Notes: a model not told the origin generated them from the sequence alone. Counted from the stretch's first letter, positions 20,063 to 30,752 are shown. The stretch is 64,000 nt of DNA from Thermodesulfobacteriota bacterium (GCA_036825155.1 DAISYU010000001.1:17770-81769); one strand, 5' to 3'. Translations and numbers: made by a program.

Positions 20063-21415
20063 ATGTTGAAGGGCATTTTGGACGCAGTTGGTGGATTTGT
20101 GTGGGGTCCGGTGACCATTGTTCTTCTCGTGGGAACCGGTGTTTTTATTACCCTTCTGGTGAAGGTGATCCAGGTTCGCAGGTTTGTCTATGCATGGAAG
20201 CTCATATCCGGCAAGTTCGACAATCCTGAAGACAAAGGGGAGATCACCCATTTCCAGGCGCTGTCTGCGGCGCTCTCGGCAACGATCGGAACCGGTAATA
20301 TTGCGGGCGTCGGTACTGCAGTGGCTCTCGGAGGTCCCGGAGCGATCTTCTGGATGTGGGTCACGGCTGTCTTCGGTATGGGACTCAAATATGCCGAGTG
20401 TCTTCTCTCTCTGAATTTCAGGGTGATTCATGAAGACGGGACCGTAGGCGCGGGGCCCATGTACTACCTTGAACGGGGGTTGGGGCAGAAATGGCTGGGA
20501 GTTCTGTTTGCACTGTTCGCCACCATAGCATCATTCGGGATAGGGAATATGGTGCAGGCAAATTCAGTAGCCGAACCGGTGCTCACCTATTTCGGCGTCC
20601 CGAAAATCGTGACAGGCCTTATCATCGGCGGACTCGTCTTTGCCGTTATTGTCGGCGGCATCAAACGGATCGGACAGGTCGCCAGCAGACTTGTGCCTTT
20701 CATGTCCATCTTTTACGTACTCGGTGCCCTCGTCGTGGTCTTTACGCAGATTGAAGGCGTACCTGCCGCATTTGCCCTTATATTCCACGATGCTTTCACC
20801 GGAACAGCTGCCACAGGAGGATTTGCAGGGGCTGCGGTTGCGCAGGCCATCCGTTTCGGTGTTGCACGGGGTGTATTTTCCAATGAAGCAGGTCTCGGGA
20901 GCGCCCCCATTGCGCACGGTGCTGCACAGACGGAAGAGCCGGTCCGCGAGGGTCTGGTTGCAATGCTTGGTCCGTTCATCGACACCATCGTGATCTGTAC
21001 CATGACAGGACTGGTCATTGTCCTGACCGGTGCATACACCGAGGGACTGACCGGTGCAGACCTGACCGCACGAGGATTCAACATCGGGCTGCCCGGACCC
21101 GGCGGATACATCGTTGCAGTCGGTATCATCTTCTTTGCTTTCTCTACCGCAATCAGCTGGTCTTACTACGGCGATCGCTGTGTCGACTATCTCTTCGGAC
21201 AGAAGATGGTTACCCCGTACCGGATACTCTACTGTATTCTGCTTCCGGTTGGAGCGGCAGTGCAGTTGGAGCTGGTGTGGACCATTTCCGATATCATGAA
21301 TGCACTCATGGCATGGCCGAACCTTATCGGACTGATCTTCTTGAGCCCGTTTATCTTAAAGAAGACAAAGGAATACTTCAGCGACGAGAGCAGGGTATAT
21401 CCGTTTAAGAAGTAA
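20063..21415 (+). CDS. Alanine/glycine:cation symporter (AGCS family)
   Basis: IGTGNIAGV, GGPGAIFWMW, GNMVQANS, RGVFSNEAGLGS, FIDTIVIC. Confidence 0.95.
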   Translation: MLKGILDAVGGFVWGPVTIVLLVGTGVFITLLVKVIQVRRFVYAWKLISGKFDNPEDKGEITHFQALSAALSATIGTGNIAGVGTAVALGGPGAIFWMWVTAVFGMGLKYAECLLSLNFRVIHEDGTVGAGPMYYLERGLGQKWLGVLFALFATIASFGIGNMVQANSVAEPVLTYFGVPKIVTGLIIGGLVFAVIVGGIKRIGQVASRLVPFMSIFYVLGALVVVFTQIEGVPAAFALIFHDAFTGTAATGGFAGAAVAQAIRFGVARGVFSNEAGLGSAPIAHGAAQTEEPVREGLVAMLGPFIDTIVICTMTGLVIVLTGAYTEGLTGADLTARGFNIGLPGPGGYIVAVGIIFFAFSTAISWSYYGDRCVDYLFGQKMVTPYRILYCILLPVGAAVQLELVWTISDIMNALMAWPNLIGLIFLSPFILKKTKEYFSDESRVYPFKK

Positions 21416-21492
21416 AGATATACAAAAGGTTCCATAATCGATACGCCAGTGCGCGCGTGCGACAGCGTTATCGAGATGCCTGCGTAGTACAC

Positions 21493-21523
21493 GAGAGGGG
21501 CTGTTTTTTTAACAGGCCCTCTC
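21493..21523. terminator. Hairpin between convergent AGCS and wtpC genes
   Basis: GAGAGGG-g-CTGTT/ttttt/AACAG-g-CCCTCTC. Confidence 0.55.
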
Positions 21524-21595
21524 TTCATATGACATGAATTCCTGCGGATGCGCTCCAAGCTGTTCAGGCCCGACTCTCAACACGCTGGAGTTGGA

Positions 21596-22633
21596 CTAGA
21601 AGATGTGCACGGCTGATGCCTTGAATGAGATGAAGACTTCCAGGCCTTCTTTGATACCCAATTCTATGAGAGACGACTTGGTAAGCAGTGACTTGAAGAG
21701 TACCCCGCCTGAAATGACATGGATTTCATAGGAAAATCCCTGGTCGATTATTCTGCCCACCGTGCCTTTAAACATGTTCCTCATGCTTGAATCCAGGCAG
21801 GTATGGCTGATGATGATGTCTTCGGGTCTGACAGCCAGGTAGCCGGTAGGGTTGGGATGGGGAGATGGTATCTCGAACGAGAGGTCTTCGACCTGAGCGC
21901 TTTTGCTGGAGAACCGGGCGGAAAAGATATTCTTCATGCCCACGAAATCTGCAACGAAGGTGGATTCCGGGCGGTTGAAGATGTCCTGAATGCACCCGCT
22001 CTGTTCGATCCTTCCCTGGTTCATGATGGCGGCGCGATCCCCCAGCGACAGGGCTTCTGCAAAATCGTGCGTAACCATCAGGAATGTGATGTGGGAAGTC
22101 TCGTGAAGGGTCTTGAGCATGTGACGGATCTCTTCCCTGAAATTGGGGTCCAGGGCGGATAAGGGCTCATCGAGAAGGATCACCTTCGGGCTCACCATCA
22201 ACGCACGGGCAAGGGCGACACGCTGGAGTTCGCCCCCGCTCAGGGTTCCCGGATATCGCTTCAGGAGGTGAGATATATTCAATTGATCGATCAGTCTTGA
22301 AAACCTGTTGCGTGCCGTGTCCTTGTCAATATGGTGAAAATGCACCCCGTAGGTGATATTCTTTTCCACGCTGAGGTGGGGGAACAGGGCATAGTCCTGG
22401 TACACGATACTGATTCCACGCCTCTCGGGAGGCAGTCTTGTGATGTCGTGACCGTCTATGAATATCTTCCCGGACCTGGGAGCGACGAGGCCGACAATCG
22501 CCTCCAAAAGAACAGTCTTTCCCGCACCGGTGGGACCCATGAGTACGAAGAATTCGTTCTTTTTTATCGCGAGGCTGATGTCCTGGAGATGAAATTCTCC
22601 CAGATGAATGTTAAGGCCTTCTGTGCGAATCAT
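21596..22633 (-). CDS. wtpC: Tungstate/molybdate ABC transporter ATPase (WtpC-like, TOBE domain)
   Basis: GPTGAGKT, LSGGE, ILLDEP, C-terminal TOBE-like region; ATG 22633 overlaps the permease stop (ATGA). Confidence 0.9.
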   Translation of the reverse strand: MIRTEGLNIHLGEFHLQDISLAIKKNEFFVLMGPTGAGKTVLLEAIVGLVAPRSGKIFIDGHDITRLPPERRGISIVYQDYALFPHLSVEKNITYGVHFHHIDKDTARNRFSRLIDQLNISHLLKRYPGTLSGGELQRVALARALMVSPKVILLDEPLSALDPNFREEIRHMLKTLHETSHITFLMVTHDFAEALSLGDRAAIMNQGRIEQSGCIQDIFNRPESTFVADFVGMKNIFSARFSSKSAQVEDLSFEIPSPHPNPTGYLAVRPEDIIISHTCLDSSMRNMFKGTVGRIIDQGFSYEIHVISGGVLFKSLLTKSSLIELGIKEGLEVFISFKASAVHIF

Positions 22634-23415
22634 TTTCCGCCTTTCTTGGGCAGTGCCATAAGCCGCAGGATCAGGAACAGCGCGAGGCACAGACAGATAA
22701 GCCATACCGCCACGGGCTGCGAGTATTTCAGACCGTACGCCTCGAAGCGTTCATAGATCATCACAGGGGCGATCATGGGGTGGTAGGCGACAATGACGAC
22801 GGCACCGAACTCGCTGATGGCCCGGGCACAGCACATGATGAATCCCACGAGCATGCTGCGCCAGGCAAGGGGAAAGGTGATCCGGCAGAAGGTGCTGAAC
22901 ATGGATGCCCCGAGACTGCGTGAGACGTTCTCGAGCCTCGGGGATATGCTCTCGAACCCGTCCTTGACCGCATTGATGTAGAACGGCATGCCCACAAAGG
23001 TAAGCACGGTGATAATACCTGTGACACTTCCCATGACCCGGATACCTAACTCATACATGATCTGCCCGAGCCAGTGGTTCTTCCCTGCCACGGACAATAT
23101 GGCGATACCCACCACCGGGTGAGGGATGACTATGGGCAGGTCGATGATGCTCTCAACAAGCCGTTTGCCCGTAAAGTCAGTCCTGGCAAGGATATACGCC
23201 AGGGGGGTTCCGAACAGAAAGGAGATGCCTGCAGCACTCAGTGCCGTGTAGATGCTCAGCCAGATGGAACGGACAACGTCCTTGTCCTGTATGGTTTCAC
23301 CCATCATGGCCAGCGACGGGGCAGTGATCATCTGGATCAGGGGGAGCAGGATAAACGCCATGATCACGACGCCGCACGATATGGTGATCCAGAAGAATGG
23401 TTCTTTTCTCGTCAT
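22630..23415 (-). CDS. wtpB: Tungstate/molybdate ABC transporter permease (WtpB-like)
   Basis: DLPIVIPHPVVGI, ARAISEFGA; start at ATG 23415 or GTG 23454. Confidence 0.9.
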   Translation of the reverse strand: MTRKEPFFWITISCGVVIMAFILLPLIQMITAPSLAMMGETIQDKDVVRSIWLSIYTALSAAGISFLFGTPLAYILARTDFTGKRLVESIIDLPIVIPHPVVGIAILSVAGKNHWLGQIMYELGIRVMGSVTGIITVLTFVGMPFYINAVKDGFESISPRLENVSRSLGASMFSTFCRITFPLAWRSMLVGFIMCCARAISEFGAVVIVAYHPMIAPVMIYERFEAYGLKYSQPVAVWLICLCLALFLILRLMALPKKGGK

Positions 23416-23457
23416 GGAGGTCAGCTGTATTATTCTGATACCTTGAGTAAACACATA

Positions 23458-23485
23458 AAGGCTGCCTGCCGTAACCGGCAGCCTT
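23458..23485 (-). terminator. Intercistronic hairpin between wtpA and wtpB
   Basis: AAGGCTGCC-N10-GGCAGCCTT followed by a short T-run on the - strand; a typical stabiliser/attenuator after a binding-protein gene. Confidence 0.55.
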
Positions 23486-23519
23486 CATGTGTGAAACACT
23501 AAGGTATTGAGCGCCGTGT

Positions 23520-24512
23520 TTAGTTCTTCACCTCAACCAGGGCCTTGAGCGCATCCGGAAGGATGTTTTTCATATCCTCCGAGGGTACCCGTGCCGGAAT
23601 GAACGGCGGCTGCCCCATATCCTTGAGGATCTTGAGCCCGCCCTGCGGGTCCAGCAGATACTGCATGAACGCAATGGCTGCTTCCTGATTGGGGGCGTCT
23701 TTTACGAGTGTCACGCCATAGGTGACGGACTTGCCCTTGATCTCCATGAATGTTCCCGGTTCCTTCCCGGTCACCTTGACCACGGCCTCGGAATAAAGGT
23801 CATCGTACTGGTAGTTGCCCAGGTTGACCTCATCAGGAAGCACGACATATTTCAGCCCATGCTGCACGGCAACCGAGAGGTACTCCCAGGCATAGTCCAT
23901 ATTTCCCGTCTGGAGCAGGGAGATCAGTTCCACTGATTTGGGCCTGACATTTTCCTTGGGACGGTTTGCAATCAACTTGTCGTAAAGTCCCGGGATCTTG
24001 TAGTGCTTTTCCGCGAGCTGCAGGACCATGAGGGAACGGTAGCCGCAGGGATCGAGGTTCGGTTCCGAATGACCCCATACCACGCCCTTTCTCTGCAGGA
24101 TTTCATACCAGTTGTCGGCATTCACCTCTGAGGCGAACTTGCTCTTGTCGGTGTAGCAGAGCACGAGCTGGTTGGTGGCAAAGCGAATATTGAAGGATGC
24201 ATAGTCCGGGATCAGGAGCTTGTCGATAACCTTGTAGTCTGCCGATGCCATGATATCACAGGGTTTCTTCACATCAGTGATCTTGCGGGCACATTTCTGG
24301 GACCCTGCTGCCTCGCGAAGCACGTCAACACCCGGGTATTTTGTCTCAAAGGCCTTTTCCATGGCCTCGAACGGAACCGAGAGGCTTCCTGCGTGGAAGA
24401 TGATGAGCTTGCCCTGAGGTGCCGCAGAACTTGTACCCGGTAGTGACAGCATCATGATGGTCAGCATGGCCAGACAGAGAGACTGTAGAATCAACACGTT
24501 TTTTTTCATCAT
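23520..24512 (-). CDS. wtpA: Tungstate ABC transporter substrate-binding protein (WtpA-type)
   Basis: Signal peptide; [23 protein letters not shown] and YAWEY carry the Asp/Glu metal ligands of WtpA-class binders; 330 aa. Confidence 0.9.
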   Translation of the reverse strand: MMKKNVLILQSLCLAMLTIMMLSLPGTSSAAPQGKLIIFHAGSLSVPFEAMEKAFETKYPGVDVLREAAGSQKCARKITDVKKPCDIMASADYKVIDKLLIPDYASFNIRFATNQLVLCYTDKSKFASEVNADNWYEILQRKGVVWGHSEPNLDPCGYRSLMVLQLAEKHYKIPGLYDKLIANRPKENVRPKSVELISLLQTGNMDYAWEYLSVAVQHGLKYVVLPDEVNLGNYQYDDLYSEAVVKVTGKEPGTFMEIKGKSVTYGVTLVKDAPNQEAAIAFMQYLLDPQGGLKILKDMGQPPFIPARVPSEDMKNILPDALKALVEVKN

Positions 24513-24845
24513 AAATTCCTCCTCTGTGGATATAGGTATCCCTTGTTCTCAATAGCTATTTCTGCAAAGACCAGAATCGTCTGGCTGCGTGTGGCTAGTG
24601 CCACGGAAATTATGTGAAAAAAGATCGTGATGGGCAAATGCGATATTCGAAGGTTAAAGAAAACTGTAACCGTTTGTCCGGCTGTTAAAGGTTTTCATAC
24701 AAAACCTTGCTGTTGCTTTGCTCACATTCAGATCGAGGTGGATACTACGAGAGAGATATTTATTTGTCAATAATTATGTTGATTATCACACAAAAAAAGT
24801 GATTGATTGTCAGGAGGATGTGATCTCTTCAGCTTGATCATGGTT

Positions 24846-27194
24846 CTAAGTCGCCTGGATCAGTCTCTGCCATCGTTCTTGTGACATTATGGCCTCCACG
24901 CCCTTGAGCGTGGCCTGAGCGAGGAGTTGCTGTGCATAATCAGATGCATCGGACATGGACATGCGGACGATGCCCTGCTGCACCCGGGGAAGGAACTGCG
25001 GATCTACGCTGAGCCGGCCCACGCCGATTCCAAGGAAAAACGGTATGTAAGCAGGTTCGTGAGCCATCTCTCCGCATACGGAGACATCCTTTCCCCTGTT
25101 ATGCGCAGCGGCAACGACCTTGGAGAGACCCCGCAGCACGGATGGGTGATGGGCGCAGTAGTATTCGGACACCCTCTGGTTCGTCCGGTCCACGGCAAGC
25201 ATGTACTGGATAAAGTCATTTGTCCCGATAGAGAAAAAGTCGGCTGCATCAGCCAGGTCATCAATGATCTCCAGCACGGACGGGAGTTCCACCATCATGC
25301 CGATCACAGGATTCGCGTTGAAGGGAAGATTTTCCCGTGCAAGGGAATCCATGCAGTCAAAGACCACCTGCCGCGCCTGGTGGAACTGATCGAGGGATGA
25401 TATCATGGGGAACATGATACGGACCTCGGGCAGGGAGGCAGCGGCGCGGAGGATGGCGCGCAGCTGTGTTTCAAAGACATCCCGGTGTCTCAGGGTGAAC
25501 CTGATGGATCTCAGCCCCAGATCGGGATTCGGGTCCGGTTCCGCATCCAGATACGAGAGCACCTTTTCTCCACCCACATCGAGGGTCCGGAAGGTGACAT
25601 CGAGGCCGTTCATCTCATCGAGAAGCCGTTTATAGACCACATATTGTTCAGTCTCGGACGGCAGTGTCGTGCGGATGAGGAAGGGAAACTCAGTCCGATA
25701 GAGCCCTACACCTTCTGCCTTGAGCTTCCGTGCCAGGGGTGCCTCGCTCAGCAGGTTGATATTTGCCATCAAGTGAACCCGCGAGCCGTCAGTGGTTTCA
25801 GTAACGGGCTGCATAGACACGTCCATTTTTTCGGCTGTTTCATGGATGTGGTTTCGTGCCTCAAACTGCCTGACGATATCAGGGGAGGGATTGATATAGA
25901 TGTTTCCCACGTGTGCGTCCATAAGAATTGGTGTGTCTTCTGGCAGGGCCAGGAGGTCATGCTGATCGGACATGACAAGGGGAATGTGCAATGATCGCGA
26001 CAGGATTGAGATATGGGCCGTAATACCCCCTCCCACAAGAATGATACCCTGAATATCGTGAGCAACGAGTCTTATGATGTCCGACGGGTAGAGCTGGTTT
26101 GCGATAACGATGCGCTTGCTGCCGAAATCATCGTCTTTCGCATCTGATGACTTCAGATTCTTAAGGATACGCAGAGCAAGGTCTTCCACATCGTTCGATT
26201 TCTCGCGGATATATCCATGGGAACTCTTTGAGAACAGGTCGATGTAATGATTGGCGACCTGTGACAGTGACAGAACAGGTGCAGTGCCCTGATCGATGAG
26301 GCTCGTCATTTCGCCGACAAAGCTCGGATCCTTGAGCATCATGAAATGCGTGGTGAATATCAGCGAAGCACTCTCCGGGAGCCGCCTGGCGAACTTGGTC
26401 TGCAGCGACTGAAGCTGTTCCGCCGTGGCCTCAACGGCACGCTGAAAGTCAGCCATGGTATAGACAGTATCCTGTTGCGAGGTGTCCTGAAGCAGCGCCC
26501 TGCGGTTTTTCTTGAAAATGGTTGCAGGTGCATAGGCATAGCCGTTGACTGCCACCTGAGCCTTTATCAGTGGAGGAGGTGATGCACTGGGCAGGTCTGG
26601 GAGACTACCATGTTCGTGATGCATTTCCATGAGGAGCCTGGCGTTCTCGATGGAAGAAGCAAGCTGAGACGATACGGCACGCAGGGCCATAACATCGCTC
26701 TCGTTAAAATAGTCGGGTTTCTCGTGTTGAACCACCAGGGCGCCGATCTTGACCGGACCTCTGTGGATCGGGACAACCAGCAATGACTGGAAGCGCTCTT
26801 CATGGGCCTCTTCAAAATACTTGAAACGCGGATTATGATCCGCCCGGCCTTCACAAACCGGGTCCAACCGTTCCACGCAGTACCCCACGAGCCCTTCACC
26901 CAGTTTCATCCTCACCTTGCCCACAGCATCAGGGTTCAATCCCGAGGTTGCCGCCAGGACCAGGTCATCGGCCGCCTCTTCATACAGGTAGATGGAACAC
27001 ACATGGGCATCCAGATAATTTGCCACCATCTCGGAGGCCTGAGCGAGGAAGTTGTCGATGGTATAACTGCCGGTCAGCAGGTTTGTCAGGTCTCCGATAT
27101 CACACAGAAGATTGAGATGATCGTCTTGTGTCCTGTTTTTTCCCATATGTGTGCACTCATCATCTTCTTTAGTTTCTTCTCGGCCGAGAATCAA
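24846..27194 (-). CDS. ptsP: GAF-domain phosphoenolpyruvate-protein phosphotransferase (EI-Ntr-like)
   Basis: N-terminal GAF, phospho-His GGITAHISI, GLYRTEF, RTLDVGGEK, FSIGTNDFIQY, VCGEMA. Confidence 0.93.
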   Translation of the reverse strand: MILGREETKEDDECTHMGKNRTQDDHLNLLCDIGDLTNLLTGSYTIDNFLAQASEMVANYLDAHVCSIYLYEEAADDLVLAATSGLNPDAVGKVRMKLGEGLVGYCVERLDPVCEGRADHNPRFKYFEEAHEERFQSLLVVPIHRGPVKIGALVVQHEKPDYFNESDVMALRAVSSQLASSIENARLLMEMHHEHGSLPDLPSASPPPLIKAQVAVNGYAYAPATIFKKNRRALLQDTSQQDTVYTMADFQRAVEATAEQLQSLQTKFARRLPESASLIFTTHFMMLKDPSFVGEMTSLIDQGTAPVLSLSQVANHYIDLFSKSSHGYIREKSNDVEDLALRILKNLKSSDAKDDDFGSKRIVIANQLYPSDIIRLVAHDIQGIILVGGGITAHISILSRSLHIPLVMSDQHDLLALPEDTPILMDAHVGNIYINPSPDIVRQFEARNHIHETAEKMDVSMQPVTETTDGSRVHLMANINLLSEAPLARKLKAEGVGLYRTEFPFLIRTTLPSETEQYVVYKRLLDEMNGLDVTFRTLDVGGEKVLSYLDAEPDPNPDLGLRSIRFTLRHRDVFETQLRAILRAAASLPEVRIMFPMISSLDQFHQARQVVFDCMDSLARENLPFNANPVIGMMVELPSVLEIIDDLADAADFFSIGTNDFIQYMLAVDRTNQRVSEYYCAHHPSVLRGLSKVVAAAHNRGKDVSVCGEMAHEPAYIPFFLGIGVGRLSVDPQFLPRVQQGIVRMSMSDASDYAQQLLAQATLKGVEAIMSQERWQRLIQAT

Positions 27195-27283
27195 GAACAG
27201 ATATAGATCCAGTGATATCTGCAGGCAGGTTATTGACCTGAGGGTGGAAGAGAGGCATTGTTTTGTTTATATGAACCTCAGAG

Positions 27284-27862
27284 GTGGTGGATATGGGAGA
27301 TTTTCGGGAACTTGTAAAAAGAAGACGCTCGGTGAGAGATTACCGCGATACTGCGGTGGATCTTGACGTAATACGTGACATCATCGCTGATGCCTGCGAG
27401 GCACCCAGTGCGGGTAACCGGCAGCCATGGGGCTTTATTGTTGTAACATCCCGGGACATGATGAAACGGCTTTCCCATGAGAGCAAAAAAAACCTGCTTG
27501 CAGACATGAAGGAACTCAGGTCCCCGATGCTCAGGCTGTACCGGCCCGTCTTGAAGGACGAGAACTTCAATGTGTTCTACAATGCCCCCTGCCTTGTCTA
27601 TATTACCGGGCCCGGGGATGTTCATTCGGTCAATGCAGACTGCTCACTGGCTGCGGCATATTTCATGTTCTCGGCCGCCGAGCGGGGGCTTGGCACCTGC
27701 TGGATCGACCTCGGCTCCCATATCAAAGATGCCGCACTGCGCAAAGAGATCGGACTGCCTGAAGATCATAAGATCGTAGCTACGTTGATCGTCGGCTACC
27801 CCGGGGCTGTCCCGGTTCGACCGCCCAGAAAAGAACCCAGGATTTTAAAGATCATAGAATAG
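27284..27862 (+). CDS. Nitroreductase family flavoprotein
   Basis: RRSVRDY, APSAGNRQPW, GLGTCW; start GTG 27284 or ATG 27293. Confidence 0.92.
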   Translation: MVDMGDFRELVKRRRSVRDYRDTAVDLDVIRDIIADACEAPSAGNRQPWGFIVVTSRDMMKRLSHESKKNLLADMKELRSPMLRLYRPVLKDENFNVFYNAPCLVYITGPGDVHSVNADCSLAAAYFMFSAAERGLGTCWIDLGSHIKDAALRKEIGLPEDHKIVATLIVGYPGAVPVRPPRKEPRILKIIE

Positions 27863-28080
27863 ATTGCCCGCCGGGTGAGGAGTCCCCTTTCAGTGCCTGT
27901 ATTGTTGTGTTTCATGGGGTGTGCCCTGTAAGGCTTCCTGTATGGTATCGATGGTATCTTCAGGATAATGCATCAAAGACCAGGTAATCATTTTCTCATT
28001 GTTTGTAGGAATCCGCCTATTGATAAAAAACTGCTACATGCTATTAATACTCCTTAAACCTCTTGAAAAAGGAGTATATC

Positions 28081-29739
28081 ATGAGCCAGCTCCCGTTAAC
28101 TGCTGGGAATTATTATGAGTATCCATTGATCATCAAGAAGCTTCTCTCTACCCCAATGCGGTATGCCAGAAACCAGGAGATCATATACCGGGACAAAGCA
28201 CGATTCACCTACAGCACTCTCTTCGAGCGGATCAACCGTCTTGCAAGCGGACTCGACGTCCTCGGAGTAAAATCAGGAGACATCGTGGGGCTCATTGATT
28301 ACAATTCGCACCGCTTTTTGGAAAGCTACTTTGCCGTGCCCATGATGGGTGCGACACTGGCCATGTTCAACTGGAGATTCGCCCTCGAGGAATTTGAATA
28401 TACCATAACTCATGCCCGACCAAAGATCCTGATCGTGCACGCAGACTTTGTCCCGCTTCTTGAAAAGATAGAGGATTCGCTCTCGGCAGTGGAAAAGATT
28501 GTGGTGATCGCTGATGATGTGGGCGTGCCCGAGACATCACTGAATATCCGGACGGAATATGAAACGATGCTCGAGGAAGCCTTCAGATCGTACGACTTCA
28601 AGGATCTGGATGAGAACATGACTGCTACCCTTTATTATACGGCAGGGACCACCGGACAGCCCAAAGGCGTGTTTTTTTCCCATCGCCAGATTGTGCTCCA
28701 GACGCTCTCCCTGGCCATTGTCCTGGGTTCGTTTGCATCCAATGTTCATTTCGGCTCGGACGATGTGTTTATGCCACTTACCTCCATGTGGAACGAACAC
28801 GCATGGGGTATGCCTTATCTCGCCACCATGCTGGGGGTAAAACAGGTGTTCTCAGGAAAGTATGATGTGGAAACTGTTCTCAACCTTTTCAAGGAGCACC
28901 GGATCACTTTTTCCGTCTGTATCCCCACGGTTCTCCACATGATCCTTTCTCACCCGTTCTCAGAGGATCTGGACTTTGCCGGGTGCAGGCTCATGGTGGT
29001 CGGCGCACGGCTCGAGAGAGCCCTGGTGAGAGCTGCCATGAAGCGGGGTGTAGAGGTGGTCTCAGCCTTTGGGATGTCGGAGACCTGCCCGCTGATTTCG
29101 GTGGCAAATCCCAAGCCGGATCTCGTCGAAGACGATGTCGAGAAGAAGCTCGATATGGTTACATCCGCCGGATTAGCCGCACCCCTGGTGGAACTGGAAG
29201 TGGTCGATCCGTTGGGACATCCGCACCCCCATGATGGAAATTCTGTCGGTGAGATCGTCATGCGGGCGCCCTGGCTTACCAGGGGATATTATAAAGATCC
29301 AAAGAAATCACGGGATCTCTGGCGGAATGGATGGCTCTACAGCGCCGATCTCGGATATATCGACTCGGAGGGATACCTCCACGTGACCGAACGGGTGAAA
29401 GATATCATCAAGAGCGGAGGTGAGTGGATATCCGCCCTGAAAATCGAGAACCTCGTCAGGAGACATAAAGGCATACAGGATGTGGCCGTGGTGGGTGTTC
29501 CCAATGAGAAATGGGGTGAACGGCCGGTTGTCATCGCTGTGGTGAAACCCGAGTATGCAGATATGGTAACGGAGGAAAAGATCAAGGCATTTATGAAGAA
29601 ATTCGCAGAGACCGGAGAGATACCCAAGTTCTCGCTGCCCGATCGGTATGTCATTGTCGATGAGATCCCCAAGACAGGGGTCAAGAAGATAGATTTCCGG
29701 AAAATAAGAAAGAACTGGGGCACGGATATCGAGTCCTGA
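28081..29739 (+). CDS. Acyl-CoA synthetase / fatty-acid-CoA ligase (AlkK/FadD-like)
   Basis: YTAGTTGQPKG P-loop, FGMSET, ADLG, RVKDIIKSGGEWIS, PKTGVKK; start placed at ATG 28081 after GGAG. Confidence 0.93.
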   Translation: MSQLPLTAGNYYEYPLIIKKLLSTPMRYARNQEIIYRDKARFTYSTLFERINRLASGLDVLGVKSGDIVGLIDYNSHRFLESYFAVPMMGATLAMFNWRFALEEFEYTITHARPKILIVHADFVPLLEKIEDSLSAVEKIVVIADDVGVPETSLNIRTEYETMLEEAFRSYDFKDLDENMTATLYYTAGTTGQPKGVFFSHRQIVLQTLSLAIVLGSFASNVHFGSDDVFMPLTSMWNEHAWGMPYLATMLGVKQVFSGKYDVETVLNLFKEHRITFSVCIPTVLHMILSHPFSEDLDFAGCRLMVVGARLERALVRAAMKRGVEVVSAFGMSETCPLISVANPKPDLVEDDVEKKLDMVTSAGLAAPLVELEVVDPLGHPHPHDGNSVGEIVMRAPWLTRGYYKDPKKSRDLWRNGWLYSADLGYIDSEGYLHVTERVKDIIKSGGEWISALKIENLVRRHKGIQDVAVVGVPNEKWGERPVVIAVVKPEYADMVTEEKIKAFMKKFAETGEIPKFSLPDRYVIVDEIPKTGVKKIDFRKIRKNWGTDIES

Positions 29740-30109
29740 TTCTTTGCCTGACCGGGCTGTCGGACCCTCATCTCGTGTCGGGTTTGAACCCCCGGGACTG
29801 ACATGCGAATACCATCCGTTGCAGGATATACGTACAGGTCATGAATACCTCTATGCTCTGTAGTAGTGCCGTTTATCGGGCTTTCTTGAACATATTTTGC
29901 GCTTGACATCAGATATGCCCATGCATTAGTGATGTCTGATATCTGGGATAAGAAAATATCTGACTTGAATCTTGATTTCACGAAGGACGTATTCGGAAAC
30001 ACTTCACCAAGTCAACCGTTCATTGATGATATCTTCGATCTACAGAAATACAACAATCAGGGTCTTTCAGTTTTGCCAACCGGGAGAACCTGGAACAAGA
30101 GGGGCGTAA

Positions 30110-30310
30110 ATGGCAGAAGGTACGGTAAAATGGTTTAACGAGAAGAAGGGTTTTGGTTTCATCACATCAGATAGTGGGGATGATGTCTTCGTACACCATA
30201 CTTCAATCAATCAGCAGGGTTTCAGAACGCTCGAAGAAGGTCAGCGGGTGACCTTCGAGGTTGTCAGCGGACCAAAGGGCCCTCAGGCGTCAAACGTCAG
30301 CAAAATCTAA
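30110..30310 (+). CDS. csp: Cold-shock protein (CspA family)
   Basis: [15 protein letters not shown] (RNP1), DVFVHHTSI (RNP2); 66 aa. Confidence 0.97.
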   Translation: MAEGTVKWFNEKKGFGFITSDSGDDVFVHHTSINQQGFRTLEEGQRVTFEVVSGPKGPQASNVSKI

Positions 30311-30318
30311 ATACCAAA

Positions 30319-30349
30319 CAGGGGCGGGTACATTCCGTCCCTGATTTTA
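30319..30349 (+). terminator. Intrinsic terminator after csp
   Basis: CAGGGGCGGG-tacat-TCCGTCCCTG stem with G-U pairs, followed by ATTTTAT. Confidence 0.65.
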
Positions 30350-30447
30350 TCTGAATACTTCACGTTTTTCACGTCCAAGCAGTTTATTGAATAGAACTCG
30401 TCCTCCTCGAATGGGTCTTCAGTATAAAAACGTGCCAGGAGATACGT

Positions 30448-30648
30448 ATGGCGAATAGATCACAGAATACATTTAAGAAAAAGGCACGGGAAGAGGCAAA
30501 GAGGCGAAAGAAGGATGCCAAGGAAGCCCGCAAGCAGGAACGCAAGGATATCAAATCCAGCGAAACACCTGTAGAAGGCGTCGAAGACCCTGATCTTGCC
30601 GGCATCGTACCCGGACCGCAACCCTTGCCCGAGGAGTGGGACGACTGA
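30448..30648 (+). CDS. Small conserved hypothetical protein (basic N-terminus, acidic tail)
   Basis: MANRSQNTFKKKAREEAKRRKK...; AGGAG RBS; 66 aa. Confidence 0.75.
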   Translation: MANRSQNTFKKKAREEAKRRKKDAKEARKQERKDIKSSETPVEGVEDPDLAGIVPGPQPLPEEWDD

Positions 30649-30752
30649 TCCGGGAAGGACTGCCGGGGCTCTATCATAGGGATGACACCTGGAAGAGTTT
30701 CCGGGATTGCCGCTCAGTAGTGCTGTTTCTTTCACCGGAATGAAAGACATAT

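Noticed and set aside
24513-24845. Moco/Tuco riboswitch upstream of wtpA
   Set aside because: Only a small hairpin (AAGGTTTT...AAAACCTT) is visible; no recognisable Moco motif core.
29775-29800. tRNA T-arm-like GGTTCAAACC on the - strand
   Set aside because: The T-stem does not pair beyond 2 bp, and no acceptor or anticodon arms can be built.
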